Assembly (NCBI GenBank): GCA_964623635.1
Contig: CAZUUA010000003.1
Span: 69,166 to 133,165, forward strand
Source of the DNA: an uncultured Ruminococcus sp.
Lineage (GTDB): Bacteria; Bacillota; Clostridia; Oscillospirales; CAG-272
Reading direction: 5' to 3'
DNA: 64,000 nucleotides
Shown here: positions 30,884 through 40,315 of the stretch, in pieces
Numbering within the stretch: position 1 is the first letter of the stretch
How the letters are laid out: each line of letters begins with the position of its first letter
Made by a program: the position numbers and the translations under genes
Notes under the pieces: model-generated
Told to the model about the DNA's origin: nothing
The model's database searches: none
What the model saw: only the letters and a program-made list of their open reading frames with translations

Positions 30884-30937
30884 TTATTGGGCCTGACCCA
30901 TAAGTTGAGCTTACTGAGCCTGACCAGTTAACTGAGC
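30884..30937 (-). repeat. 27-nt tandem duplication spanning the tsf stop codon
   Basis: The tsf 3' end is GCT CAG TTA ACT GGT CAG GCT CAG TAA (AQLTGQAQ*). It is followed in frame by GCT CAA CTT ATG GGT CAG GCC CAA TAA (AQLMGQAQ*). Confidence 0.85.
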
Positions 30938-31846
30938 GATTTCTTCAGCGAAGTTGTCTTCTCTCTTTTCCAGACCTTCGCCTCTCTCGAACAGGATGAA
31001 GCTGTCAACGGTGATTTCCTTATCCAGCTTCTTGGCAACAGATTCAACGTACTTGCCAACGGTCATGCTGTCGTCCTTGACGTAAGCCTGATCAACCAGG
31101 CAGCTTCTTTCGTAGAACTTGCCGATACGACCCATAACCATCTTTTCGATGATAGCGTCGGGCTTGTTGGCGTTCTTTTCGTCGTTCTTGATCTGGGCGA
31201 TCAGGATTTCCTTTTCTTCGTCCAGAACAGACTGGGGAACTTCGTCTCTGTTCACATATGTGGGAGGCGTACCAGCGGCGATCTGCAGAGCAACGTTCTT
31301 TGCCATTTCAGCAAATTCTTCGTTGTCCTTCAGGCAGGGGCAAGCGTTGAACTTTACGATAACGCCAGCCATGCCGGAGCCGTGGATATAGGTGCTGAAC
31401 ACGCCTTCTACGATAGCGAAGCGACGGATGTTCATGTTTTCGCCGATGGTGTAGATCATATCCTTCAGCTTGGCTTCAACGCTCTCAAAGTTGTCGTCGT
31501 AGCGCAGTGCCTTCAGAGCTTCTACATCAGCGGGCTTATTTTCAACGATGACCTTCAGGACGCCCTTTACAAAGGTCTTGAAGGTTTCGTTCTTGGCAAC
31601 AAAGTCGGTTTCGGCGTTTACTTCGATGATCGCAGCAACATCGTCCTTGACCATGATGTCTACAACACCTTCAGCGGCGATACGACCAGCCTTCTTGTCA
31701 GCCTTGCCCAGACCCTTTTCTCTCAGGATCTTGATGGCTTCGTCAAAGTTACCATCGGTCTCTACCAGAGCCTTCTTGCAGTCCATCATACCTACGCCGG
31801 TCTTGGCTCTCAGGTCATTTACCATTTTTGCAGTAATAGCTGCCAT
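30911..31846 (-). CDS. tsf: translation elongation factor Ts
   Basis: The sequence ITAKMVNDLRAKTGVGMMDCKKALVETDGNFDEAIKILREKG fits EF-Ts, and the gene sits in the conserved rpsB-tsf position. Confidence 0.92.
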   Translation of the reverse strand: MAAITAKMVNDLRAKTGVGMMDCKKALVETDGNFDEAIKILREKGLGKADKKAGRIAAEGVVDIMVKDDVAAIIEVNAETDFVAKNETFKTFVKGVLKVIVENKPADVEALKALRYDDNFESVEAKLKDMIYTIGENMNIRRFAIVEGVFSTYIHGSGMAGVIVKFNACPCLKDNEEFAEMAKNVALQIAAGTPPTYVNRDEVPQSVLDEEKEILIAQIKNDEKNANKPDAIIEKMVMGRIGKFYERSCLVDQAYVKDDSMTVGKYVESVAKKLDKEITVDSFILFERGEGLEKREDNFAEEIAQLTGQAQ

Positions 31847-31892
31847 TGTTATATCCTCCGTTACTCGATTTATATATCCGTATTTTTACTGA

Positions 31893-32648
31893 TCAGAACT
31901 TTGCGGGTTCAGCGTCTTCTTCGGCTTCGGCAGCGGTGATCTCTGCTTCGGCATCATTCAGCTGTTCACCCTGCTTGCCTTCCAGAACGGCATCAGCGAT
32001 TACGGAAGAGATCAGGCGAATCGCACGGATGGCGTCGTCGTTACCGGGGATGATATAGTCAGCATCGTCCGGGTCGCAGTTGGTGTCCACGATAGCCACT
32101 ACCGGGATACCCAGCTTCTTGGCTTCCAGAACAGCGTTGTGCTCCTTGCGGGGGTCAACAATGAACACAGCAGCCGGCAGACCGTTCATGTTCTTGATAC
32201 CGCCCAGGTTCTTTTCCAGGTTGAACATTTCCTTCTGCAGAGCAGCAACTTCCTTCTTGGGCAGCATATCGAAGGTGCCGTCTTCCTGCATCTTTTCCAG
32301 GGAGCGCAGTCTTTCGATAGACATCTTGATGGTCTTGTAGTTGGTCAGCATACCACCCAGCCAACGTACGTTTACGAAGTACATACCGCAACGTTCGGCT
32401 TCTTCACGGATGGCATCAGCAGCCTGCTTCTTGGTGCCTACGAACAGGATGGAACCGCCTTCCTGTGCAGTGTCACGAACGAACATATAGGCTTCTTCAA
32501 ACTTCTTGATGGTCTTCTGCAGGTCGATGATATAGATGCCGTTTCTTTCGGTGAAGATGTATTCGGCCATCTTGGGGTTCCAACGTCTGGTGTGGTGACC
32601 AAAATGTACACCAGCTTCCAGCAGCTGCTTGATAGAAACAATAGACAT
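31893..32648 (-). CDS. rpsB: 30S ribosomal protein S2
   Basis: The protein begins [27 protein letters not shown]. The ATG at 32648 is preceded by AAGGAGGA. The ORF-track extension to 32729 is rejected. Confidence 0.92.
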   Translation of the reverse strand: MSIVSIKQLLEAGVHFGHHTRRWNPKMAEYIFTERNGIYIIDLQKTIKKFEEAYMFVRDTAQEGGSILFVGTKKQAADAIREEAERCGMYFVNVRWLGGMLTNYKTIKMSIERLRSLEKMQEDGTFDMLPKKEVAALQKEMFNLEKNLGGIKNMNGLPAAVFIVDPRKEHNAVLEAKKLGIPVVAIVDTNCDPDDADYIIPGNDDAIRAIRLISSVIADAVLEGKQGEQLNDAEAEITAAEAEEDAEPAKF

Positions 32649-32806
32649 TATAATGTCCTCCTTCGGTTTTTCCACCATCCGACATATTCTGCACCCCACT
32701 TTCACGAAAGCAGGGACCGACAGAACCACAGTCCGATGTGTGTGATAAATTTGTTACGTAGTGGCAGCGGACACACGAAAAAGGCGTCCGGCTCACGTAC
32801 TTTGAT

Positions 32807-32835
32807 ATTATAGCACAGTTTCTGCTAAAAGGCAA
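32807..32835 (-). promoter_or_regulatory. sigma-70 promoter (extended -10) for rpsB-tsf
   Basis: Minus strand: TTGCCT, 17-nt spacer, TGcTATAAT. This implies a ~150-nt rpsB leader. Confidence 0.65.
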
Positions 32836-32934
32836 TAGGGTATGCAGAATTTACATTTTGTTCATATTCCAATTGTGTTAGGTAGAGTTCGTTCTCCTGC
32901 TCTTCACGCTTGTGTTCCATTTGTTCTTTGGATC

Positions 32935-33216
32935 TTACAAGCAGAACCAACCCATTTTTCGTGGGCGATGGCCTGAGCAGCCACAATCCTTCCGATACTC
33001 CACCAGCACCGCATCCTCGCCGATGCAACGAATATCTTCCCAGGGAATGCGGATCTCATCCTTTCCGGCTGACCAAAAGCCACCGGGTGACAGGAACAAA
33101 GCGGTGGTTTTGCCGCAGTCGGTATCCAGCTCGATATCTGTGATGTGTCCCAAAAAGCGACCGTCGCACAGGCTCACCACATCCTTGCATTCCAGTTCTC
33201 GCAGTGTATACAGCAT
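32935..33216 (-). CDS. ylmC: YlmC/YmxH-family sporulation protein (PRC-barrel)
   Basis: The sequence LRELECKDVVSLCDGRFLGHITDIELDTDCGKTTALFL...IPWEDIRCIGEDAVLV fits the family. The ATG at 33216 is preceded by GGAGGTGA. Confidence 0.65.
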   Translation of the reverse strand: MLYTLRELECKDVVSLCDGRFLGHITDIELDTDCGKTTALFLSPGGFWSAGKDEIRIPWEDIRCIGEDAVLVEYRKDCGCSGHRPRKMGWFCL

Positions 33217-33263
33217 TAGCCTCACCTCCACGATCAGCATATGCAGCAACGGATACAATTACG

Positions 33264-33296
33264 CAAAAAAGCACCGCAGGGTGTACGGTGCTTTTG
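33264..33296 (-). terminator. terminator after the solute-binding lipoprotein gene
   Basis: AAAGCACCG-loop-CGGTGCTTT flanked by A-run and T-run. Confidence 0.75.
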
Positions 33297-33311
33297 CATA
33301 CGAACTGGTGA

Positions 33312-35015
33312 TCAGCTCGGATAGTTTTCGGTGTAGTATGCGTTATACACAGCGCAGGGACCGGTACCCTCGTCGGTAACGTCGGTGGCTGCGGACAGGA
33401 CTTTGTCATTCTTCAGTTCCTTCTTGAACTGGTTGATAGCGGCCTTCAGCTCATCAGCGGTCATTACGTCGATCTGATCCTTATAGGTCTTGGACAGAGC
33501 AACCAGGTCGTCCTTCAGATCCGGGTCAGCGCCTTCCATCTCATAGATGGTGGAGAAGTCGAAGGTCAGGTAAGGAGATACCATGGAATCCAGGTTCTGC
33601 TGCTTACCGGCATCCCAGTCAGCCATCGTCATACCGTAATCGGGGTAGGTCATGTAAACGTTACCGGTGGCGTACAGATCCATCTGGTAGTCGTCGCTGA
33701 GCTTCACGATGGTGTCTTCGTTATCGGGGTCGAGCTGCCAGTGAATACCTTCAGCGCCGTACTGCAGGACGGTACGCAGCTCGGTATCGGTGTTCAGATA
33801 GGTGATGATCTCCATGGAACGAGCAAGGCTCTTGGAGTAGGTGCTGACTGCAAACATATTGCCGTAGATGTCTTCTCCGTCTGCCATAGGCTTGGAGTAG
33901 ATGGAGGAGTAGTATTCATCCTCATACTGTGCCAGGGTATTGGCGTCACCCTTGATGATACCAACAGCGAACTTTTCGCCGTCCTTCAGGGTACCGTCAC
34001 CAACGTAGCCGGCGGCCTGCAGTCTCTTCATCATCAGCAGGGTGTTCGTGTACACGGAGTTACTGATCACGCTCTTGGGCATACATTTTACGTTGTAGTC
34101 CATGGTAGCGGTGATCTGGGAGCCCAGCAGAGACCAGGAACCGTCCTCAGACCAGTAAACCATGTTGGAGGCATCGTAGGTATCCAGCAGCGGAACCACG
34201 CCGTCCAGGTTCTGGAAGCCGATATCGGTGATGAAGTCTTCGCACTTGATCAGAGAGCTCAGATCATCGATATCATAGTCGTATGCGTCCACCAGTTCCT
34301 TATTGATGAGCAGATATTCATACTCGCCAACAGGACGGTTGTTGGGGATCGCATAGGTACCACCCTTCTTGGCCAGAGTCAGGAAGGTGGGGTAAATGTA
34401 GGTCTTCAGAATCTTGGAGGTGCCGCTCAGCTCGGAATCCAGCTGCTGGATGGCTTCCTCTTCGATGTACCGTTCGTAGTTGGCATAGCCGCGAACCAGG
34501 AAGATATCCATCTGGGTCTCTTCTACTTCGGGATACTTCACAACGGTGATACCCAGGTCATTGACGTAGGTCTCTTCGTCGGGTTCGGTCTCGGATTCGC
34601 TTTCTTCTTCGGTTTCTGCGGCAGCTTCACCACCCTGTTCCTTCAGCGCCTTAGCAGCTTCACGGGCAGCTTCTTCCGCCAGAGCTTCTTCTTCCTTCTT
34701 GGCAGCGATCTCTTCCATACGAGCGTCGATGGCATCCTGGTATTCATCCTCCGGGATGGCGTGCAGTTCGATGGCAGTATCGTACTTGGACTGGGTCAGG
34801 GAGTTGATGGCATCCTGGGTAGCCAGAATGGCTTCTTCCGTGGTGTCCTCGGATGTCGGGATCCACAGGGTCAGGGTCATAGAGATACGGGATGCTTCTT
34901 CTGTGTCGGCACTGGCTTCCACGGTCTCATCCTCACCGCTGCTGGAAGAGCATCCGGCCATCATGGAAAGCACCATCATCATGGCCAGAAAAAGACTGGT
35001 TAACTTCTTGTTCAT
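33312..35015 (-). CDS. extracellular solute-binding lipoprotein (large ABC-type sugar SBP-like), orphan
   Basis: A lipobox LSMMAGC follows the signal peptide. The ~560 aa size resembles large oligosaccharide SBPs. An acidic coiled insert reads EEIAAKKEEEALAEEAAREAAKALKEQGGEAAAETEEESESETEPDEE. No permease or ATPase genes are adjacent. Confidence 0.7.
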   Translation of the reverse strand: MNKKLTSLFLAMMMVLSMMAGCSSSSGEDETVEASADTEEASRISMTLTLWIPTSEDTTEEAILATQDAINSLTQSKYDTAIELHAIPEDEYQDAIDARMEEIAAKKEEEALAEEAAREAAKALKEQGGEAAAETEEESESETEPDEETYVNDLGITVVKYPEVEETQMDIFLVRGYANYERYIEEEAIQQLDSELSGTSKILKTYIYPTFLTLAKKGGTYAIPNNRPVGEYEYLLINKELVDAYDYDIDDLSSLIKCEDFITDIGFQNLDGVVPLLDTYDASNMVYWSEDGSWSLLGSQITATMDYNVKCMPKSVISNSVYTNTLLMMKRLQAAGYVGDGTLKDGEKFAVGIIKGDANTLAQYEDEYYSSIYSKPMADGEDIYGNMFAVSTYSKSLARSMEIITYLNTDTELRTVLQYGAEGIHWQLDPDNEDTIVKLSDDYQMDLYATGNVYMTYPDYGMTMADWDAGKQQNLDSMVSPYLTFDFSTIYEMEGADPDLKDDLVALSKTYKDQIDVMTADELKAAINQFKKELKNDKVLSAATDVTDEGTGPCAVYNAYYTENYPS

Positions 35016-35112
35016 TTAGGAATCCTCCTCATAGAATGTGGGTCATTCGCGCTTTGCAGACTACAAACTCACCTGAGGCAAACCCGCAGGCTGCAATATA
35101 ATTCTTACAGTA

Positions 35113-35141
35113 TTGTACACGAAAACCGCCGATATGTCAAG
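35113..35141 (-). promoter_or_regulatory. sigma-70 promoter for the solute-binding lipoprotein gene
   Basis: Minus strand: TTGACA, 17-nt spacer, TACAAT. Confidence 0.65.
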
Positions 35142-35365
35142 CTGTTTTTTGGGTAAAGACGCATTTTTTTCTTTATCCGCCTGGAACACTTTGAATCGAC
35201 AACGGATTTTTTTACAGCACTTTCGCCAAAATCAGCACATGGTATTTGGTGGTATCCATGAATCTATTGGGGAATAGCACCAAAATTCATGGGCACTTCC
35301 TATGCAATACAGCCAATTTTTGCGGTTTGGCGGATTTTTTGTGTTTCTCCATCGTCTTCGTGCTT

Positions 35366-36481
35366 TTATTCCAGGTAATCCTTCAGATACCGGGATCGAC
35401 TGGGGTGACGGATCTTCCGAAGTGCCTTGGCTTCGATCTGTCGGATCCGTTCCCGGGTGATCTGAAACTGCTGTCCCACCTCCTCCAGTGTGCGTGGACG
35501 ACCGTCATCCAGGCCGTACCGCAGCCGGATCACCTTTTCCTCACGGGGGGTCAGGGTCTGCAGTACCTCGGCCAGCTGCTCACGAAGCATTTCATATGCG
35601 GCAGCATCGGCCGGTGTGGCGGAGTCGTCGTCCGGAATAAAGTCACCCAGGTGCGATTCATCGGCCTCACCCACAGGTGTCTCCAGCGATACCGGATCCT
35701 GTGCGGCCTTCAAGATCTCGCCGACCTTGTTGGCACTGATGCCGATGTCCCGACCGATCTCCTCATATGTGGGATCTCTGCCCAGGGTCTGGGTGAGCTT
35801 GCGCTGACTTCTTGCCACACGGTGCATGGTCTCCACCATATGCACGGGAATGCGAATGGTACGAGACTGATCGGCAATGGCACGGGATATGGCCTGCCGG
35901 ATCCACCAGGTGGCGTATGTGGAAAACTTGTAGCCTTTGGAATAATCAAATTTATCCACGGCTTTGATCAGGCCCAGGTTGCCTTCCTGGATCAGATCCA
36001 GAATGAACATACCCTTGCCTACGTATCGCTTGGCGATGCTGACCACCAGACGCAGGTTGGCTTCCACCAGCTTGTCCTTGGCATCCTGATCGCCTTCTAA
36101 GATCCGTTTGGCAAGCTCTGTTTCCGTCTCCTGGGAGATCAGTGGGATCTGCCCGATCTCCTTTAAGTACATCCGCACCGGGTCATCGACGGCCAGTCCT
36201 TCCTGAGATAGCGCCTTCACCATATCGTCTGCGGACTGGAAGCTCTCTGCCTCCGAGCGGATATCCTCGATCTCCTCTGCGTCAATATAGTCATCGTCGT
36301 CGTCCAGAGCGGAATGGTTTTCTTCTTCTACCAGGACCGTATCATCTTCCAGGGGATAATCGTTCTTTTCCTCTTCTTCGATCGTATCGTATCCATCGTC
36401 ATTCTCCGACAGATACAGCTCTTGATCATCATGTTTCATATGCAGGATCCACGTGGGATAGCTTCCCACAGTCCTTTCCAA
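35366..36481 (-). CDS. RNA polymerase sigma-70 factor, second primary-type (RpoD/SigA-like) paralog
   Basis: Regions 1.2, 2, 3 and 4 are all present ([50 protein letters not shown]). The start is TTG at 36481 with AGGAAA upstream. Confidence 0.85.
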   Translation of the reverse strand: MERTVGSYPTWILHMKHDDQELYLSENDDGYDTIEEEEKNDYPLEDDTVLVEEENHSALDDDDDYIDAEEIEDIRSEAESFQSADDMVKALSQEGLAVDDPVRMYLKEIGQIPLISQETETELAKRILEGDQDAKDKLVEANLRLVVSIAKRYVGKGMFILDLIQEGNLGLIKAVDKFDYSKGYKFSTYATWWIRQAISRAIADQSRTIRIPVHMVETMHRVARSQRKLTQTLGRDPTYEEIGRDIGISANKVGEILKAAQDPVSLETPVGEADESHLGDFIPDDDSATPADAAAYEMLREQLAEVLQTLTPREEKVIRLRYGLDDGRPRTLEEVGQQFQITRERIRQIEAKALRKIRHPSRSRYLKDYLE

Positions 36482-36543
36482 TTATTTCCTGTCATTACCC
36501 GACAGTTTTCGTAAACGCTGGTTCCGATCGAAAACGCACCAGG

Positions 36544-36572
36544 TCTATACAGTTTGCTTGCCGTTTTTGCAA
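36544..36572 (-). promoter_or_regulatory. candidate internal promoter for the second sigma-70 paralog
   Basis: Minus strand: TTGCAA, 17-nt spacer, TATAGA, within the 114-nt spacer between the two sigma genes. Confidence 0.4.
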
Positions 36573-36595
36573 GCGATATTGTAGAGAAAATCACC

Positions 36596-37687
36596 TCAGT
36601 TGATATCGTTCAAAAAGCCGCGCAGGATCTTGGAACGGCTCTGGTGTCTCAGCTTCCGCAGGGCTTTTGCCTCGATCTGCCGGATACGCTCCCTTGTGAT
36701 GTTGAATTCCTTGCCCACCTCTTCCAGTGTGCGTGTTCTGCCATCCTCCAGACCGAACCGGAGCTTGATGACCATTTCTTCACGGGGCGTCAGGGTGTGC
36801 AGGACCTTGCTCAGCTGTTCCCGGAGCAGCTGATAGGACACAGCCTCGGCCGGTGTGGGAGAAGAATCGTCCGGGATAAAATCGCCCAGGTGGGAGTCAT
36901 CTTCTTCGCCAATGGGCGTTTCCAGGGAAACCGGATCCTGGGCAGCCTTCATGATCTCCCGGATCTTATCGGCGCTCATGCCCAGACGCTCGGCGATCTC
37001 TTCCATGGTAGCCTCTCTGCCCAGCTCCTGCAGCAGCTGACGAGAGCAGCGGGAAACACGATGAATGGTCTCCACCATATGTACCGGCACACGGATGGTT
37101 CTTGCCTGATCTGCGATGGCACGGGTGATGGCCTGCCGGATCCACCAGGTGGCGTAGGTGGAGAACTTGTAGCCCTTGGTATAGTCGAACTTTTCCACGG
37201 CCTTGATGAGCCCCAGGTTTCCTTCCTGGATCAGGTCAAGGAAATACATACCCTTGCCTACGTACTTTTTGGCGATGCTGACCACCAGACGCAGGTTGGC
37301 TTCCACCAGCTCGTTTTTGGCAGCCTCGTCTCCATGGGCGATCCGTTCTGCCAGATACTGTTCCCTGTCGGAATCCAACAGCGGGATCTTACCGATATCC
37401 TTCAGGTACATCCGCACCGGGTCATCGACGGCCACGCCTTCCTCACTCAGGAATTTGTCGATGTCCTCGTTGTCCTCCATATCGCCAGCGTCTGCCATAT
37501 CGGCATAGCTGTCATCACTTTCCATATAGCGGGTGCTGTCCAGGTTGCCGTACACCTTATCCAGAGAACCCATGTCGAAGGTGGCATAGTCCTCTGTTTC
37601 CAGAAGGTCGTCTGTCTTGTCCAGTCCCTTTACGCCTTTATCCTTGTCTAGGAGAGCGTCCATATCCATATTTTTGTCGTTTCCCAT
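36596..37687 (-). CDS. rpoD: RNA polymerase primary sigma factor
   Basis: The gene starts 2 nt after the dnaG stop (TAATTATG), which is the conserved dnaG-rpoD arrangement. Sigma-70 regions 1.2-4.2 are complete. Confidence 0.88.
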   Translation of the reverse strand: MGNDKNMDMDALLDKDKGVKGLDKTDDLLETEDYATFDMGSLDKVYGNLDSTRYMESDDSYADMADAGDMEDNEDIDKFLSEEGVAVDDPVRMYLKDIGKIPLLDSDREQYLAERIAHGDEAAKNELVEANLRLVVSIAKKYVGKGMYFLDLIQEGNLGLIKAVEKFDYTKGYKFSTYATWWIRQAITRAIADQARTIRVPVHMVETIHRVSRCSRQLLQELGREATMEEIAERLGMSADKIREIMKAAQDPVSLETPIGEEDDSHLGDFIPDDSSPTPAEAVSYQLLREQLSKVLHTLTPREEMVIKLRFGLEDGRTRTLEEVGKEFNITRERIRQIEAKALRKLRHQSRSKILRGFLNDIN

Positions 37688-37689
37688 AA

Positions 37690-39438
37690 TTACCCCTTGT
37701 TCTGATTTCTTTTATGTGCAACCAATTCTTCCAGCGACAAGGAAGAAGCGGCCGTTTTGACTTCGCTGCGCAGCTGCCCGGCGTAGGTGCGGAAGATCTC
37801 TGCGCTGTCCGGCAGCTCGGCTCTCTGGCTCTGCATCCGATAGGCACGGGAGACTTCATCCGGTGAGAAGACTTCGCTGAGCATAGACATGGAAAAGCCG
37901 TCGTTCTTTACGCTGTCCTCGATGAAGCGATAGTAGCGTTTGCCCAGATCGGTGAAAAAATCGTCCACGGTCAAGAGCCCATCTGCCACAGCCATAGCGG
38001 CGTACTCGCTTTTGGTGAAGATCATGCCCAGCACGTCTTCCTCCAGCCGAGCCGCCTTGGGACGCTTGGCATAATCCGGATTCACACGATCGTCCAATCC
38101 GGCTGTGGTCCGCACCAGCTCGCCTTTGCGCTTCTTTTCGTATTCCCGTTTGTTTTGCCGGATGATGGTATCCACATCGTGCTGGATGCTTTCCTTTGCC
38201 ACACCGAAGCTCTCTGCCGTTCTGGCGATATAAATGTCTCGCTCCACTCTCGAATATACGGCAGCAATGGATCGGCACACCTCACGGACCGCCTTGACCT
38301 TTTCCTCCGGTGCGTTCAGATCGTATTTTTCCCGCACACCGGACAGCAGATATTCGAACTTCGACTGGCTGCCGGACAGCACCTGTTTGAACTTTTCGGC
38401 ACCGAATTTTTTGATGTATTCGTCCGGGTCTTTGGCGTCGGGGATCCTGATCACCTTGGCTTCCAGTCCCGCTTCCTCCAATAGGCGAATGGCACGGTCT
38501 GCGGCCTTTTGTCCGGCTTCATCGCTGTCGTAGGAGATCATGACCTTGTTTGTGTACTTTTTCATCAGCCGAGCCTGGTCCGATGTGATGACGGTGCCCA
38601 GCGTCGCCACGGCATTGGTAAAGCCTGCAGCGTGGAGTGCGATCACGTCCATGTAGCCTTCGCATAGGATTAGACCGTCTTCGGCGTGCTCCTTCGCATA
38701 GTTGAGAGCAAAAAGGTTACGGCTTTTCTTGAAGGCAGGTGTATCGGAGGTATTCAAATATTTCGGTTTGGTGTCGTCCAGCACTCTGCCGCCGAATGCG
38801 ATCACATTGCCGGTCACATCGATGATAGGGAACATGACTCTGCCCCGAAAGTAGTCGTAGTATCCTCGTTCGCTTTTGCCACAGAAATAGGCCGTACGAA
38901 TTTCTTCTTCCGTAAAGCCCAGGCTTTTCAGGTGTGCCAATATGCGGTTGCCGTAGGGTGGCGCATATCCCAGACCGAAGTGCTTGACCGTGCTGCCGGA
39001 CAGACCCCGTTCCCAAAAGTACGCACGACCGGCAGAACCGATCTGTTCATCAAACAGCATGGCACGATAGAACCGGGCGGCTTCCAGGTTCATAGCCAAC
39101 ACCCGCTTGCGACCCACGCCTACGTCCCGGCCGGTGTTCATGTCGTCCCAGCCCGGAAGGGTCACGCCTACACGCTCGGCCAGCTGCTCCACGGCAGACC
39201 GAAAATCCAGATTCTCGATCCGCATGAGAAAGTCGATAGCATTCCCGCCGGCACCGCAGCCGAAGCAATAATAGCTCTGGGTCTGGGGATACACGGTGAA
39301 GGAAGGCGTACGTTCGCTGTGAAAGGGGCAAAGGCCCTTTTGGTTGTTTCCTGCCCGTTTCAGCGTTACATAAGAGGAGATCAACGTTTCGATATCGCAC
39401 CGGGTGCATAGATCGTCGATGACGGAACGTGGTATCAT
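37690..39438 (-). CDS. dnaG: DNA primase
   Basis: A Zn-ribbon [13 protein letters not shown]...CFGCGAGGN is followed by TOPRIM and C-terminal helicase-binding regions. Confidence 0.92.
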   Translation of the reverse strand: MIPRSVIDDLCTRCDIETLISSYVTLKRAGNNQKGLCPFHSERTPSFTVYPQTQSYYCFGCGAGGNAIDFLMRIENLDFRSAVEQLAERVGVTLPGWDDMNTGRDVGVGRKRVLAMNLEAARFYRAMLFDEQIGSAGRAYFWERGLSGSTVKHFGLGYAPPYGNRILAHLKSLGFTEEEIRTAYFCGKSERGYYDYFRGRVMFPIIDVTGNVIAFGGRVLDDTKPKYLNTSDTPAFKKSRNLFALNYAKEHAEDGLILCEGYMDVIALHAAGFTNAVATLGTVITSDQARLMKKYTNKVMISYDSDEAGQKAADRAIRLLEEAGLEAKVIRIPDAKDPDEYIKKFGAEKFKQVLSGSQSKFEYLLSGVREKYDLNAPEEKVKAVREVCRSIAAVYSRVERDIYIARTAESFGVAKESIQHDVDTIIRQNKREYEKKRKGELVRTTAGLDDRVNPDYAKRPKAARLEEDVLGMIFTKSEYAAMAVADGLLTVDDFFTDLGKRYYRFIEDSVKNDGFSMSMLSEVFSPDEVSRAYRMQSQRAELPDSAEIFRTYAGQLRSEVKTAASSLSLEELVAHKRNQNKG

Positions 39439-39563
39439 ATGGGTCTTCTCTCCTTCCTGCAGCGTTTTTCTGTTTTCACATATAATATACGCTCAAATTT
39501 CTTTTTTTCTTTTTTTCGACCGTAAATCCTGTCAAAGGCCGGTGCTTGTCTGCGATCCATGGG

Positions 39564-39598
39564 CAAAAAGAAGGAGATCCTTCCATGGAGAATCTCCT
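39564..39598 (-). terminator. terminator after yigZ
   Basis: Minus strand: AGGAGAT-loop-ATCTCCT followed by TCTTTTTG. Confidence 0.6.
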
Positions 39599-39606
39599 GT
39601 CTATTG

Positions 39607-40281
39607 TTATACCTGCAATGGTGCGGCTCGCTCTTCGGTATCTAGGATCTCGCCTTGTGAGCGACCGGCGGTGATCTCGGACAGCCAGGTGAGAAGGGTG
39701 TCGGTGTCTTCGGCCTTGATGGCAGCGGTGACCGTCACATCCTCACCGAAGTCTGCATCTTCCTCGATGGCACCGGTTTTGGGCAGGCCGGCTGTGATCT
39801 TCTGGTAGTCCCCATAGGAGCAGGTGAAGCCGACCAGGTTCCAAGGCTCGTACACCGCCAGTCCTGCTGCGTCCACTGCCAGTCGTGCAGCGGCAGAATA
39901 GGCACGTACCAGACCACCGGCACCCAGCAGGATCCCACCGAAATACCGGGTCACCACCACCACCAGATCCATAGCGCCGGACATTTTCAGCACGTTCAGG
40001 GTCGGGACACCGGAGGTTCCGTGGGGTTCGCCGTCGTCGGAATACCTTGCCACAGCACCACCGGCCAGCAGATAGGCGTACACATTGTGGGTGGCATCGG
40101 CATATTGGTGGCGGATCTCGTCGATAAAGGCACGTGCCTCCTCTTCGCTGTTCACGGGCTTGGCATGGCCGATGAACACCGATTTGCGCTCCTCCATTTC
40201 CACGTGTGCTTCTTTTGCCAGGGTGATGCGCTTTTCCACCACCGGCTGGGACGCTTTTTCTTCTGCTGCCTTTTTCTTCAT
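39607..40281 (-). CDS. yigZ: YigZ/IMPACT-family protein (UPF0029)
   Basis: The sequence ...ERKSVFIGHAKPVNSEEEARAFIDEIR..YADATHNVYAY...DDGEP.GT.G.P fits the family. Confidence 0.75.
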   Translation of the reverse strand: MKKKAAEEKASQPVVEKRITLAKEAHVEMEERKSVFIGHAKPVNSEEEARAFIDEIRHQYADATHNVYAYLLAGGAVARYSDDGEPHGTSGVPTLNVLKMSGAMDLVVVVTRYFGGILLGAGGLVRAYSAAARLAVDAAGLAVYEPWNLVGFTCSYGDYQKITAGLPKTGAIEEDADFGEDVTVTAAIKAEDTDTLLTWLSEITAGRSQGEILDTEERAAPLQV

Positions 40282-40315
40282 GCCATTCTCCTGATTTCCC
40301 TTTTCCGATACAGAT

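Noticed and set aside
32825-32917. A small ORF (31 aa, MEHKREEQENELYLTQLEYEQNVNSAYPIAF) between ylmC and the rpsB promoter.
   Set aside because: It has no RBS, it overlaps the rpsB -35 element, and it lies in an AT-rich spacer. It is probably non-coding.
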